Shown here: one piece after another, positions 1 through 9,513 of the stretch
Position numbering within the stretch: position 1 is the stretch's first letter
How the letters are laid out: each line of letters starts with the position of its first letter
Assembly (NCBI GenBank): GCA_963713825.1
Contig: CAVQNG010000026.1
Span: 1 to 24,448 of the forward strand
Direction: 5' to 3'
DNA from: an uncultured Acidobacteriota bacterium
Lineage (GTDB): Bacteria; Acidobacteriota; Thermoanaerobaculia; Multivoradales; JAHEKO01
Length of the DNA: 24,448 bases
The notes under the pieces: generated by a model
The model's input: the letters and a program-made list of their open reading frames with translations, nothing else
Told to the model about the DNA's origin: nothing
Database searches by the model: none
Program-made: the position numbers and the translations under genes

Positions 1-1193
1 AGCGACATGGTGAATCCAACCCCGGCCAGACAACTGGCGCCCCAGATCTGTCCCCAGGTGACCCCGGACGGCAGGGCAGCCCGGCCGGACTTGATAGCCA
101 ACCAGCTGAACAAGAAGACGCCGATCTGCTTGCCGAGCACCAAACCCAGAACGATGCCGAGGCTCACCGGGTTGGCCAGGATCTGAAAGATATCTCCGCT
201 AATCGTGACCCCCGCATTGAAGAAAGCAAAGAGCGGCAGGATCAGAAACGCTTGCCCCAGGTGCAGGTAGCGCTCCAGGACCAGGCCCGGCGGCAACATG
301 TCGGTAGCCGCAAGATCGATCGTCCGTAAGGCCTCGTACTGCTCGTTGTTCGAAACCATGCTCTCCTGCGTCAGCGTGGAACTCTCGAGCTTGCGCCAAC
401 TCGTTTCGAGCATGTCCACGAACTGGTGCGGATCCAGCCGAGCGCGGACCGGCACCACCATGGCAACCAGGATGCCTGCGACCGTGGCGTGCACGCCCGA
501 GGCGAAGACCGCCAGCCAGACTCCGAGCAGGAGAAAGACGTAGACGCCAACTCGACGGACATTGGCCTTGGAAGCCGCAAGCAGCAGGAAGAGGAAGACC
601 GCAGCCACGATCAGCGCGCTCAGATTGACCTTCTCCGTATAGAACAGAGCGATCACCAGAACGGCACCCATGTCGTCGGCGATCGCCAGGGCGGTCAAAA
701 AGATCTTCAACCCGAGCGGTACCCGCTTGCCAAAGATCGCGAGAATACCCAGCGCAAACGCGATGTCGGTCGCCATGGGGATTCCCCATCCAGCCTCACC
801 TTCGCCGCCGACGTTGAACATGAGGTAGATCGCTGCTGGCACGACCATGCCGCCGATCGCCGCTGTCACCGGCAAGATCGCCTGCTTGAACGAAGAAAGC
901 TCACCGAGAACCATCTCCCGCTTGATCTCGAGACCGACCACGAAGAAGAAGACCGCCATCAGGAGGTCGTTGATCCAGTGCTGGAGCGACAACTTGAAGC
1001 CGTGGTCGCCCCAGGAGATGCCGACATAGGTCTGGGTCAGCTGCCGGTAGCTGTCGGCGGCCGGTGAGTTGGCCCAGATTAGCGCCAGGATCGTGCAAGC
1101 CAGCAGCACCACGCTGCCGGCCACTTCGGAATGGAGAAAGCGCTGGAAGAACCCGTGATTCGTTCTGCCCGCGGACTGTTCACCTTGACTCAT
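1..1193 (-). CDS. nhaA: Na+/H+ antiporter NhaA (3' end runs off the left edge of the window)
   Basis: Absent from the ORF track because there is no stop in the window. Manual translation from ATG at 1193 gives MSQGEQ...LIWANSP...WINDLLMAVFFFVVGLEIKRE...GWGIPMATDIAFALG...LTALAIADDMGAVLVIALFY...SGVHATVAG...LGKQIG...GVGFTMS, all hallmark NhaA motifs. Confidence 0.95.
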   Translation of the reverse strand, partial: MSQGEQSAGRTNHGFFQRFLHSEVAGSVVLLACTILALIWANSPAADSYRQLTQTYVGISWGDHGFKLSLQHWINDLLMAVFFFVVGLEIKREMVLGELSSFKQAILPVTAAIGGMVVPAAIYLMFNVGGEGEAGWGIPMATDIAFALGILAIFGKRVPLGLKIFLTALAIADDMGAVLVIALFYTEKVNLSALIVAAVFLFLLLAASKANVRRVGVYVFLLLGVWLAVFASGVHATVAGILVAMVVPVRARLDPHQFVDMLETSWRKLESSTLTQESMVSNNEQYEALRTIDLAATDMLPPGLVLERYLHLGQAFLILPLFAFFNAGVTISGDIFQILANPVSLGIVLGLVLGKQIGVFLFSWLAIKSGRAALPSGVTWGQIWGASCLAGVGFTMS

Positions 1194-1212
1194 GAAGTTC
1201 GCTGCCTTTCGA

Positions 1213-2631
1213 TCATGCCAGCGTGTATTCGCGATGGTGGTGCGCCACCTTGCCAATTGCCAGGATGTAGGCGGCCGTTCGAAGGTCGGGTACGTCGTGC
1301 CGCGAGCGCCACACCCCGCGAATGCCACCGTAGGCTTCGCGCATCGTGTCTTCGAGCCCTGAGAGAACCAGGTTGCGCTCATCCGCCTCCTGCTGAAAAG
1401 CCTTGGCAAACCCTTCAGGCACCTGCGTTTTGAGAACGGTCTCCAGTAGCTCCATGGCTGCTTCCGAGCGCATCTGCATGAGCCGACGCCCCATGCGGCC
1501 AAACCTCATGTGTGCGAGGTTCTTGGTCCACTCGAAGTAGGACACGGTCACGCCTCCGGCATTGACGTACATGTCCGGCAGGATCACCTTGCCCGCCTCG
1601 AGCAGCATGGAGTCGGCCTCGGCGGTGACGGGACCATTCGCCGCTTCGGCAATGAGCTTCGCCTCGATCCTCGACGCATTTTCACCCGTGATCTGTCCCT
1701 CGAGGGCCGCCGGGACCAGGATGTCGCATGCATCTTCGAGGGCCTTTGGTCCGTCTTCCAGATACTCCGCACCGGGGAAGCCCTTCACGCCGCCATTGGC
1801 CGTGATGTATTGGCGCACCTCTTCGACGGGTAGCCCATTGGGGCTGCGAAGGGCGCCATCACGCTCGATGATCGCCACGATCTTGGAGCCGTCCTCTTCT
1901 TCTAGGAACTTGGCGGCGTGATAGCCCACATTGCCCAGACCCTGAACCACCACCCTCTTACCGGCCAAGCCCCCCTCGAGACCCGCGGCTTCCACGTCCT
2001 GCGGATAACAGAAGAACTCGCGGAGCGCGTACTGCACGCCTCGTCCGGTCGCCTGCACCCTGCCCCGAATCCCACCCATCTCTGGGGGCTTGCCAGTGAT
2101 ACAGGCGATGGCGTCGATATCGTCGGGATGCAGCGTGCGGTAGGTGTCGGCCATCCAGGCCATCTCGCGAGCACCGGTACCCATGTCGGGGGCCGGCACA
2201 TTCTGGCTCGGACTGATGAAGCCCCGCTTGTCGAGCTCCAGGGTGAATCGGCGAGTGATCCGTTCCATCTGGTGGCGCTCGTACTTGCGGGGGTCGATCT
2301 TCAAGCCTCCTTTGGCCCCCCCGAAGGGGACATCCACGACAGCACACTTGAAGGTCATCAGGGTGGCCAGGGCCTCGACCTCTTCTTGATCGACCTCCGG
2401 GGCATAGCGGATACCGCCTTTGGTCGGCAGGAGATGCTCGCTGTGATTCGCTCGCCAGCCCTCGAAAATCTGCCATTTACCCGCAATCTTCACTGGGAAT
2501 CGCATCTGATAGACCGCTCGACAGCGCTGGAGAACCTCGCCCAGGCCGGGTGGTAGGTCCATCAGCCCAATGGCTCGATCCAACATCGATTCGACGCTGC
2601 TCAGGAATGTGGAAGTCTTCTTTGAGCTCAT
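1213..2631 (-). CDS. gdhA: Glu/Leu/Phe/Val dehydrogenase, most likely glutamate dehydrogenase
   Basis: KGGIRY, MTFKCAVVDVPFGGAKGG, VPAPDMGT, GLGNVG Rossmann motif, EAANGP and NAGGVTVSYFEW. Confidence 0.92.
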   Translation of the reverse strand: MSSKKTSTFLSSVESMLDRAIGLMDLPPGLGEVLQRCRAVYQMRFPVKIAGKWQIFEGWRANHSEHLLPTKGGIRYAPEVDQEEVEALATLMTFKCAVVDVPFGGAKGGLKIDPRKYERHQMERITRRFTLELDKRGFISPSQNVPAPDMGTGAREMAWMADTYRTLHPDDIDAIACITGKPPEMGGIRGRVQATGRGVQYALREFFCYPQDVEAAGLEGGLAGKRVVVQGLGNVGYHAAKFLEEEDGSKIVAIIERDGALRSPNGLPVEEVRQYITANGGVKGFPGAEYLEDGPKALEDACDILVPAALEGQITGENASRIEAKLIAEAANGPVTAEADSMLLEAGKVILPDMYVNAGGVTVSYFEWTKNLAHMRFGRMGRRLMQMRSEAAMELLETVLKTQVPEGFAKAFQQEADERNLVLSGLEDTMREAYGGIRGVWRSRHDVPDLRTAAYILAIGKVAHHHREYTLA

Positions 2632-2646
2632 CTTCGTTCTCCCTGT

Positions 2647-3348
2647 TCAGCTGTTCTTTGTGGACTCGTCGGCCCTGGCTGCCCCGTAGATTCGCCGCAT
2701 GTCCGGTAACTCGGTGCAGTAGTAGTGCACCCAGATATAGAGATGCGAGAAAACGGCCGACAGAAGCGCCGCCTTCGAGGCCCAGATCAGCCCCGGCAAC
2801 CACACGATCATCAGGCCGAAGGTGTACATCCCGTTTCGGGTGAACCGAAAGATGCCCTTCCGCACGAAGGGCTTGGCTCGGTAGGCGGGATCGAAGTGAT
2901 CGATGCCGAGAGCGCGTCGATAGCCGAAATACCGTGTCACCGAGAAAAAGGTGTAGAAGACAGGGATTGCCAACAAGAGGGCCAGAGCATTGAGTAGACC
3001 CCGATTGGCGTCCAGGCTGCCCTGATCAGCAACGGCCGTGGTGGTCAGGGTGAACAGCCGCGCCAAGGAGAGCAGCGCAAAACCGGCACCGTAGACCCTG
3101 AACCCCAGGGGTCCGAGACTCCGGCTGAGCCATTGGTAGTGAAGCTCCATTCGCCAACAGATCCAGACCCAGACCTGATGCAGAATGGGAAACAGAATCG
3201 AGAGCCAGAACCAGGTAGCTGTGGATACGCCCAGACAGCTGCCGTCGAGGAACCCTTCGGTGCGGCTGATCCAGCCTATGGGGAGCAGCAATGCCAGGAG
3301 CAGCAGGAAATGCATACCCTGGTTTTCATAGATGGAGTCTCGACTCAA
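2647..3348 (-). CDS. Membrane-bound phospholipid/isoprenylcysteine-type methyltransferase (PEMT/ICMT-like)
   Basis: Multi-TM protein with C-terminal LGIDHF...FVRKGIFRFTRNGMY...E-x-P-x-M motif typical of the PEMT/ICMT fold. The ORF-track start at 3726 overlaps the upstream gene. The true start is probably TTG 3348, 1 nt after the upstream stop, or ATG 3315. Confidence 0.7.
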   Translation of the reverse strand: MSRDSIYENQGMHFLLLLALLLPIGWISRTEGFLDGSCLGVSTATWFWLSILFPILHQVWVWICWRMELHYQWLSRSLGPLGFRVYGAGFALLSLARLFTLTTTAVADQGSLDANRGLLNALALLLAIPVFYTFFSVTRYFGYRRALGIDHFDPAYRAKPFVRKGIFRFTRNGMYTFGLMIVWLPGLIWASKAALLSAVFSHLYIWVHYYCTELPDMRRIYGAARADESTKNS

Positions 3349-3349
3349 A

Positions 3350-4087
3350 CTACCGGTCTTTCTGGAACGAAAAGACTCCGCCCGTGCGCGACCAACGGGC
3401 GTCACCATCGATCGTCGCTGGCTCGTGCCGCCACACCAGGATGGACTCGAGAACGGTAAAGACCGCCAGGGTGTTCTCGCCACCTTCTTCGACCACCGGG
3501 GTATAGGTCCTGCCCTGGGTATCGACCAGATAGGACACCTTGACGCGTTGTCCGACAAGAGCATTGCGTTTGCGGCTGGGTGAGGGAATGTCGGCTCGCT
3601 CCACGACCCGTGAGGGCTGAATCTCGCCGCCGTCCGAAGGCAGCCACTCACCTTCGGCCGACAGACGCTCGATCGCCGAGGGTTGATCGCGAAAGGGACT
3701 GGCATCGAACATACCCACCAGACCACTGTAGCTCTGGACCAGTTCGGCCCGCAGGTTCGGCACCATGATCTGAGCCATGTCCCAGTGCCAGAGCGCCTCC
3801 CGGTCCTGGTGCATTGTTGCCTCGGCGACCGCCTGCATGGCCAGGGCGTAGCCCATGGCGGTGCGCTCCTGACTCAGGCCGCGATTGAAGAGACCCCAGG
3901 CGATATCCCTGGCGTTGGAGCGGGTAATCACCGGGTTGCCGAAGAGTAGCTGTAGCGAGACCTCTCGCAGGGCCTTGCGGATCCTCTCGTCCTTGACCGC
4001 GTCGAGTGGAAGCTCGGCCGAAAGGCTGGCCGCCTGTCCTACCAGCAGAACGGCCAGGATCAGAATCGTCGTCAGTCGCGATTTCAC
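3350..4087 (-). CDS. Exported protein with a C-terminal TonB-like domain
   Basis: Signal peptide MKSRLTTILILAVLLVGQAASLSA, helical N-terminal part, and C-terminal IQPSRVVE...VKVSYLVDTQGR...WRHEPATIDG resembling the TonB C-terminal domain. Confidence 0.6.
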   Translation of the reverse strand: MKSRLTTILILAVLLVGQAASLSAELPLDAVKDERIRKALREVSLQLLFGNPVITRSNARDIAWGLFNRGLSQERTAMGYALAMQAVAEATMHQDREALWHWDMAQIMVPNLRAELVQSYSGLVGMFDASPFRDQPSAIERLSAEGEWLPSDGGEIQPSRVVERADIPSPSRKRNALVGQRVKVSYLVDTQGRTYTPVVEEGGENTLAVFTVLESILVWRHEPATIDGDARWSRTGGVFSFQKDR

Positions 4088-4149
4088 GGCGCTATGTTAC
4101 CTATCATGAGCGTTCTCGCCCAAGCCACCCCGCCCTGCTCGGGTCCTGT

Positions 4150-4198
4150 TTGTCGAGCAACGATCGCGCTGGTTAGAATCTCCTCCAAGAGCGAGGAG
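4150..4198 (+). promoter_or_regulatory. Putative sigma70 promoter and RBS for the metallophosphoesterase gene
   Basis: TTGTCG (4150-4155), 18 nt spacer, TAGAAT (4174-4179), then GAGGAG (4193-4198) 5 nt before ATG 4204. Confidence 0.4.
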
Positions 4199-4203
4199 AC
4201 TCT

Positions 4204-6129
4204 ATGTGTTTGCCAACAGGCCGCCTGTGGGCTGGCCCTGTGACCGAATGGATGTGGCGCCACCTGCTGTGCTGTCTTCTCGGTCTGTTCGCAGGATCGA
4301 GCTTGTGGGCTACCGGTGAGTCCCCGCAGTACGAATGGACCGGTGTGTCCCGCATCGTCGCCATCGGCGACGTTCACGGCTCCTACGACAAGCTGGTCTC
4401 TCTATTGAAGGGAACCGGCATCGTCGACGAGGCTCTGGCCTGGAGCGGTGGAGCGGCTCATTTGGTCCTGATGGGAGACCTGATCGACCGTGGGCCGCAG
4501 GAAATACCTGTCCTGGATCTCGTCAGGCGGCTAGAAGAGGAAGCCCCTTCCGCCGGCGGGCGAGTTCACGTCCTGCTGGGCAACCACGAGGTCATGAATC
4601 TTGTTCGCGACCTCAGATACGTGCCGGAGGAGGGCTTTCGGATCTTTGCTGCGGCCGAGAAGAAGAAGGACCGGACGAAGGCCTGGCAGCGCTTCCGAAC
4701 CGGGATGGCATCGCCAACGGTACCGCTCGGGGAGGTCAAAGCCGCTTTCGATCAGCGCTATCCACCAGGCTATCTGGCGCGGATTCGGGCCTTCGCTCCC
4801 GAGGGCGAGTACGGCTCCTGGATTCTCCAACATCCGGCCGTCATCAAGATCAACGATGTGGTGTTCTTGCACGGCGGGCTGACCGACATCGTCGCTAGTT
4901 TGGGTCTGGAAGCGATCAACAGCCAAGTTGCCGACGGCATCGTCGAGTTCGTCGCCACCATGGTCGCACTGGAAGGGGCGGTAGCCGGGCCCGCGGACTT
5001 CGAGGGGGTCTACAGCGCAGCGCTGGCACTGGTCGAGAAAGGGGGCCGGGATGCCAGGACCGAAGCGGCGAGAAACCTCCGGCGGCTCTATGGGTCTCTC
5101 GCCTTCAGCCCCACAGGACCCCTGTGGTATCGCGGCAACTCGCTGGAGAACGAAAGGGTCGAGAGAGCCAGCCTCGACCGATCCCTGACGGCGCTCGGTG
5201 CTCGTGCGGTCGTCGTGGCTCACACCCCTACCGGCTCAGGTCGCATCACCTCGCGCTTCAAAGGCCAGATCTTCCGAGCCGATGTGGGCATGGCCTATGG
5301 CCGGGAGCCGCTGGCGTTGGTCATCGAGGCAGACGACTTCGAGGTCTTCGACCCGACGATCGCAGCGTCGGCTCCACCAATCGTCGAGTTACCTCAGGGA
5401 GAGGGGTGGTCGAGGTTCAGCGAGCAGCTGACGGACACCCAGTTGGAGACCTTCCTGCGGCAAGCCGAAGTCGTAGCCTGCACCGTTGTCCACAAGCTCG
5501 ACCGCTCAGCGGACGTCTGCGATCTGGAGGGCGAGGGTCCCGAGTTGCGGGCCGTCTTCTTGAAGATCGACGAGGCGCCAGAACCCGGACAGCCCGCGGC
5601 AGCGGCCTTCCGCACCTACCGTCACGAGATCGCCGCCTATCGTCTCGACCGCCTTCTGGGTCTCGATCTGGTACCCGTCACCGTCGAGCGCAGCATCGAA
5701 GGCGTTCCAGGCTCGATGCAGGTCTTCCCTGAGGGTGCCGTTGATCTCACTCTCCTCGAGACCTACGACCAGATGCATCTCCTGGACGGGCTGGAAGATG
5801 AGAGGGTGATGGCAGATATCTTCAGCGCCCTGTTGGCAGTGGAGGAGCGCCATAATGCCGGCCAGATGTTCTTGCCCCAGGACCGACGTCTGGCCCTGGC
5901 CGACAGCACCAAGGCATTTCCAACTTCAGCTGAGCCGGGCTCGGGCCTGCCGAGTCCTTGCGGGCCTCTGGACCCCGAGCTCGAGATGGGCCTCAAGTCG
6001 CTGAGCCGGCGGCAGCTCGATGAGGCTGTCGGCACCCTGCTCTCGACGCAACAGATCGACGGGCTGCTCTTCCGGCGCGATAGGATTCTAGAGATATGCG
6101 ATGCTCCAGGACTGGAATCGGGAGAGTGA
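4204..6129 (+). CDS. Secreted calcineurin-like (Shewanella-like PPP) metallophosphoesterase fused to a C-terminal atypical kinase-like domain
   Basis: GDVHG, GDLIDRG, GNHE, HGG, GPLWYRG, AHT and D-x-G-M motifs. Signal-like segment MWRHLLCCLLGLFAGSSLWA (alternative ATG 4252). C-terminal HEIAAYRLDRLLGLDLVPVTVER...GSMQ resembles PI3/4K-, Fam20- or HipA-like kinase folds. Confidence 0.8.
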   Translation: MCLPTGRLWAGPVTEWMWRHLLCCLLGLFAGSSLWATGESPQYEWTGVSRIVAIGDVHGSYDKLVSLLKGTGIVDEALAWSGGAAHLVLMGDLIDRGPQEIPVLDLVRRLEEEAPSAGGRVHVLLGNHEVMNLVRDLRYVPEEGFRIFAAAEKKKDRTKAWQRFRTGMASPTVPLGEVKAAFDQRYPPGYLARIRAFAPEGEYGSWILQHPAVIKINDVVFLHGGLTDIVASLGLEAINSQVADGIVEFVATMVALEGAVAGPADFEGVYSAALALVEKGGRDARTEAARNLRRLYGSLAFSPTGPLWYRGNSLENERVERASLDRSLTALGARAVVVAHTPTGSGRITSRFKGQIFRADVGMAYGREPLALVIEADDFEVFDPTIAASAPPIVELPQGEGWSRFSEQLTDTQLETFLRQAEVVACTVVHKLDRSADVCDLEGEGPELRAVFLKIDEAPEPGQPAAAAFRTYRHEIAAYRLDRLLGLDLVPVTVERSIEGVPGSMQVFPEGAVDLTLLETYDQMHLLDGLEDERVMADIFSALLAVEERHNAGQMFLPQDRRLALADSTKAFPTSAEPGSGLPSPCGPLDPELEMGLKSLSRRQLDEAVGTLLSTQQIDGLLFRRDRILEICDAPGLESGE

Positions 6130-6130
6130 T

Positions 6131-6655
6131 ATGAAATTCGCCAAGTGTCTCGTCGCGCTGATGCTCATGCTGATGGCGGCCCATCTGCAGGCTGCCGTGG
6201 CAGTACAGGTGGCCAAGACGGTCGACTTCACGCAGTTCAAGACCTTCGCCTGGAGACAGGGCACTCCGGCACCCGACCCTGGAACCGAGACGATGATCCG
6301 GAACGCGATCCAGAAGGAGCTCCTGGCCAAGGGTCTTACCCGAGTCGACGGCGATGCCGATCTCCTGGTCTTGACGCACGCTCGGCAAGCCAGCGAGTTG
6401 CGCGAAGACGTGGACATCCTCGGCGTGCAGCAGCGTTGGCCTGACGATTCGGAGCCCGACGGGGTCTCCGGAGATACCCTTCGCGAGGTCGAGGTCGGAA
6501 CCCTGGTTGTCGACTTGCTGGACGGTAACAGTCGCTTGAACATCTGGCGCGGCACTGCCACCAGAACCCTGAGCGCAAGCCCGAAAGCTGCGCGCAAGCA
6601 GATCGACAAGGCCGTCAAGAAGATGTTCGAGAGCTTCCCTGCCAAGGCCGACTAG
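6131..6655 (+). CDS. DUF4136-like exported protein
   Basis: Signal peptide, DFTQFKTFAW, ELLAKGL...ADLLV, GTLVVDLLDG...IWRGTA and KMFESFP. ATG lies 1 nt after the upstream stop, preceded by GGAG. Confidence 0.8.
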   Translation: MKFAKCLVALMLMLMAAHLQAAVAVQVAKTVDFTQFKTFAWRQGTPAPDPGTETMIRNAIQKELLAKGLTRVDGDADLLVLTHARQASELREDVDILGVQQRWPDDSEPDGVSGDTLREVEVGTLVVDLLDGNSRLNIWRGTATRTLSASPKAARKQIDKAVKKMFESFPAKAD

Positions 6656-7371
6656 TCCGGATCACTCTTGCTTCTTGGCATCCGGAATTCATCGGTCCTA
6701 CCGAACATTCCGACCAGGCGGGCCAGGGTCACCGCCACGAAGAGTTGCCCGACCACGGCCTCCATCCAGGTAGCGGTCTGTGCTATCGGCGTCATGGGCA
6801 ACATGTCGCCGTACCCGAGGGTCGTCAGCGTCACGAAGCTGAAGTAGATGAAGAAGAACTCGGCGCCGAAGTTGACGTATTCCTCGAGCGTTTGGAAGTC
6901 CATGGCGTTCGCCGTGAAAGCGGTCTGATCGAACGCCGCGATGACGCCATAGCCGATCGCCCAGGCCAGGCCCAGCAGCAGGTAGACGTTGACTGCGGCC
7001 GCCAGCTTGTCAACGCTCACCCTGCCTGGCGCCAAAACGGTTCGATAGACCATGGCGATCACGAACCCGATGAAGAGCAGGCTCGAAATCGCCGCGACGA
7101 GCAGTGAGATTGGACTCGGAGCCGAGTAGGCGAGCATCTGGAGCAGAATCGCCGGAACGCCCAGGATCACTGTCCTCTGTCGATTGGCCTTCGTGGTCCC
7201 GAGGTTGATCGAAGCCAGGATCAACTCGACGACGAAGGCCAGTCGGTAAAAGCGGACCGCTCCGAACTCCACCGAGATCGGATAGAGCATGAACAGGACG
7301 ATCAGGGAGAACAGCAGCGTGACGTTGCGCTCTTCTCGCGAATACCGATGCCAGAAGCGATCACCCAGCAT
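6652..7371 (-). CDS. Potassium channel family protein (Ion_trans_2 pore with extra N-terminal TM helices)
   Basis: FIYFSFVTLTTLGYGDMLP pore helix and selectivity filter followed by EAVVGQLFVAVTLARLVG. Its stop overlaps the convergent gene's stop in CTAG (6652-6655). Confidence 0.88.
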   Translation of the reverse strand: MLGDRFWHRYSREERNVTLLFSLIVLFMLYPISVEFGAVRFYRLAFVVELILASINLGTTKANRQRTVILGVPAILLQMLAYSAPSPISLLVAAISSLLFIGFVIAMVYRTVLAPGRVSVDKLAAAVNVYLLLGLAWAIGYGVIAAFDQTAFTANAMDFQTLEEYVNFGAEFFFIYFSFVTLTTLGYGDMLPMTPIAQTATWMEAVVGQLFVAVTLARLVGMFGRTDEFRMPRSKSDPD

Positions 7372-7396
7372 TTCGACCCCTAAAGCTCCTCGGACT

Positions 7397-7936
7397 TCAA
7401 TTCTCTGGGAAGTGGGTGAACACCCGGCGCGTGGCTTTGGAGGCCTTCGCCCGGAGCTTCTCGAAAGTGCGAGCCAGCTCGGTCACCCAACCGCTCCAAA
7501 CCATCTCCTCGGTCGCGGTGTCGACGACTTCGAAGACCAAGGTTCCTTCCCGATAGGAGCGCATCGAATGGGCCTGAGGGTCGCCGATCCACTTGACCCC
7601 CGGTGCCAGCTGCTTCGTCACCCCCTCGATATCGGTCATGTCGGTGCCGAAGCCGACGTAGTTGATCATCAAGTCGGGCGACTGCTCCCGTTCGACCCGC
7701 TCATAGCCCTTGCGCTCGAGCTCGGCGTCAGCCGCCTTCTTGATCGTCACGTCGAGAGGAGAGCCGTCGGCCACCGGATGATCGCCCTCTACGTCGAGGT
7801 GCGGAGCCCATGCGTAGGTCGCGTACTTGGAGAAGCTCACTCCGTCTTTCGCGCGGATGTCCACATCTTGCGCCGCAACGCTGACGGCTACCATCAGGCA
7901 GATCACCGCGCAGATAACGATGGATCTCAGCATCAC
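7397..7936 (-). CDS. Second DUF4136-like exported protein
   Basis: Signal peptide, FSKYATYAW, ELERKGY...PDLMI, YREGTLVFEVVD...MVWSG and VFTHFP. Confidence 0.8.
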   Translation of the reverse strand: MMLRSIVICAVICLMVAVSVAAQDVDIRAKDGVSFSKYATYAWAPHLDVEGDHPVADGSPLDVTIKKAADAELERKGYERVEREQSPDLMINYVGFGTDMTDIEGVTKQLAPGVKWIGDPQAHSMRSYREGTLVFEVVDTATEEMVWSGWVTELARTFEKLRAKASKATRRVFTHFPEN

Positions 7937-8144
7937 TCTCTCCTCTCGCGGAATTCAGGCAATGGCGCCCGATTTCGGCAGACAGACGTTAGCACAAGGT
8001 TCCGCACTCCCCTGTCGCATCGCCGGCTTCGAGCTCCACGGAGTCACCGCCCTTCTCAGCACACGATCCGCCTTTCTTCGCCGGATTTCGGGCTACAATC
8101 CTTGGGGTCAATCGATCATGCGATCACAGGGTCACTGAAACACC

Positions 8145-9503
8145 ATGAATCGAAAACACTACGTGGTCATGGGGGCTGGCGAGGTGGGCTACCACCTGGC
8201 CCAGACCCTTTCCCAGCAGGGCGAAGATGTCACCGTCATCGAGCTGGACCCGGCCCGCCAGGAGCGCATTGACGAGGAGCTGGATGTGCGAGTGGTCGGC
8301 GGCAACGGCGCCCATCCGCCCGTTCTCGCGGCTGCCGGAGTCGAAGGCTGTGAGCTCTTCATGGCGGTCTCTTCGTCCGATGAGTCCAATCTGGCGGCAG
8401 CGAATCTCGCCAAGGCTCTCGGAGCTCAACGGACCGTTGTGCGGGTAGCGGTAGCCGAAGAGGTCATCACCTACCGTCGGCTCCTGGAGCAGGTATTCGC
8501 GGTCGACCTTCTGCTTTCCACCCAGCTCCTGACCACAACGCGCGTCCTCAACGAGATTCACGGTCATGCCACCATGGCGGTCGAGTATCTGGCGGCCGGC
8601 AAGGTCCAGCTTCGCAAGATCCACCTCGACGCCGACTCGCCGCTGGTCAAACAACCATTGCGGGATGTAGTGCTCCCCAGGAACTCCTTGGTCGCTGCGT
8701 TCTATCGTGGCGACGATCTCATCATTCCCGGTGGGGACGATCAGGCGCAGGAGGGCGATGACGCGCTGATTCTCGGCACTTCGGATGTCATCGAGCAAGC
8801 CGAACTGGCCGTCAGCAATCATCGAAAGGTGATCGGCAAGGTCGTCATCGCGGGCGGTGGCGAAACCGGCAGCTCCGTCGCCAGGGCCCTCGCCCCTTTG
8901 GAGATTCCCGTCAAGATCATCGAGATCGAGAAGAGTGTCGCTCAGCGACTCGCCGCCGAGTTTCCCCAATTCGAGATCATTCACGGCGACGCCACCGATC
9001 TGGCCTTGCTCAAGGCCGAGCGAATCGGCCTTGCCAAGAGCTTCGTCGGCCTCACGGCCAACGACGAGAGCAATCTGATGGCCTGCTTGTTGGCCCAGGA
9101 GCTCGGCGTCGAACAGGTCCTGGCGATGGTGCACCGGTCGGAGACGACGCAGCTCTGGAGACGACTCGGAATGCAGGAGGTCTTCAGTCCTCGGACGCTG
9201 GCCCGGGAGCGGATCGAGGAGTACATCGAAAGTGGATACAGCGCCAACATCGTGTCTCTGCACAAGGGTGCTGCCCAGGTCTTGGAGCGCAAGTTGGCCG
9301 AGGCGAGCCCCGCCTCCGGCGTCACCCTCGCCGAGATGAGCCCACCGCGCGGCATGATCGTGGGTGCTGTTATGCGGGGTGACGATGTCTTCGTGCCGCG
9401 CGGCAACGACCGGCTGGAGGCCGGGGATCTGGTGATCCTCTTCGTCCACGAATCCGAGCTGGATACTGTCCGCCTGCTGTTCCCGGGCCGCGAACGGTCG
9501 TGA
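8145..9503 (+). CDS. trkA: Trk K+ uptake system NAD/ATP-binding subunit TrkA (tandem RCK)
   Basis: 452 aa with two RCK_N domains (GAGEVG and GGGETG), SSDESN/NDESN motifs and two RCK_C domains, immediately upstream of trkH. Confidence 0.93.
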   Translation: MNRKHYVVMGAGEVGYHLAQTLSQQGEDVTVIELDPARQERIDEELDVRVVGGNGAHPPVLAAAGVEGCELFMAVSSSDESNLAAANLAKALGAQRTVVRVAVAEEVITYRRLLEQVFAVDLLLSTQLLTTTRVLNEIHGHATMAVEYLAAGKVQLRKIHLDADSPLVKQPLRDVVLPRNSLVAAFYRGDDLIIPGGDDQAQEGDDALILGTSDVIEQAELAVSNHRKVIGKVVIAGGGETGSSVARALAPLEIPVKIIEIEKSVAQRLAAEFPQFEIIHGDATDLALLKAERIGLAKSFVGLTANDESNLMACLLAQELGVEQVLAMVHRSETTQLWRRLGMQEVFSPRTLARERIEEYIESGYSANIVSLHKGAAQVLERKLAEASPASGVTLAEMSPPRGMIVGAVMRGDDVFVPRGNDRLEAGDLVILFVHESELDTVRLLFPGRERS

Positions 9504-9513
9504 GATTGCTCCG

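Noticed and set aside
199-1098. ORFs 199-789(-), 426-1067(+) and 901-1098(-)
   Set aside because: Off-frame or antisense to nhaA, which the ORF track missed because it has no stop in the window.
3349-3726. N-terminal extension of the 359-aa ORF 2647-3726
   Set aside because: It overlaps the TonB-like gene in another frame and has non-protein-like composition. The real start is near 3348 or 3315.
7289-8272. 327-aa plus-strand ORF (and similar ones at 13769-14569, 15699-16559, 18969-20084)
   Set aside because: Antisense to well-supported genes, with no family motifs.
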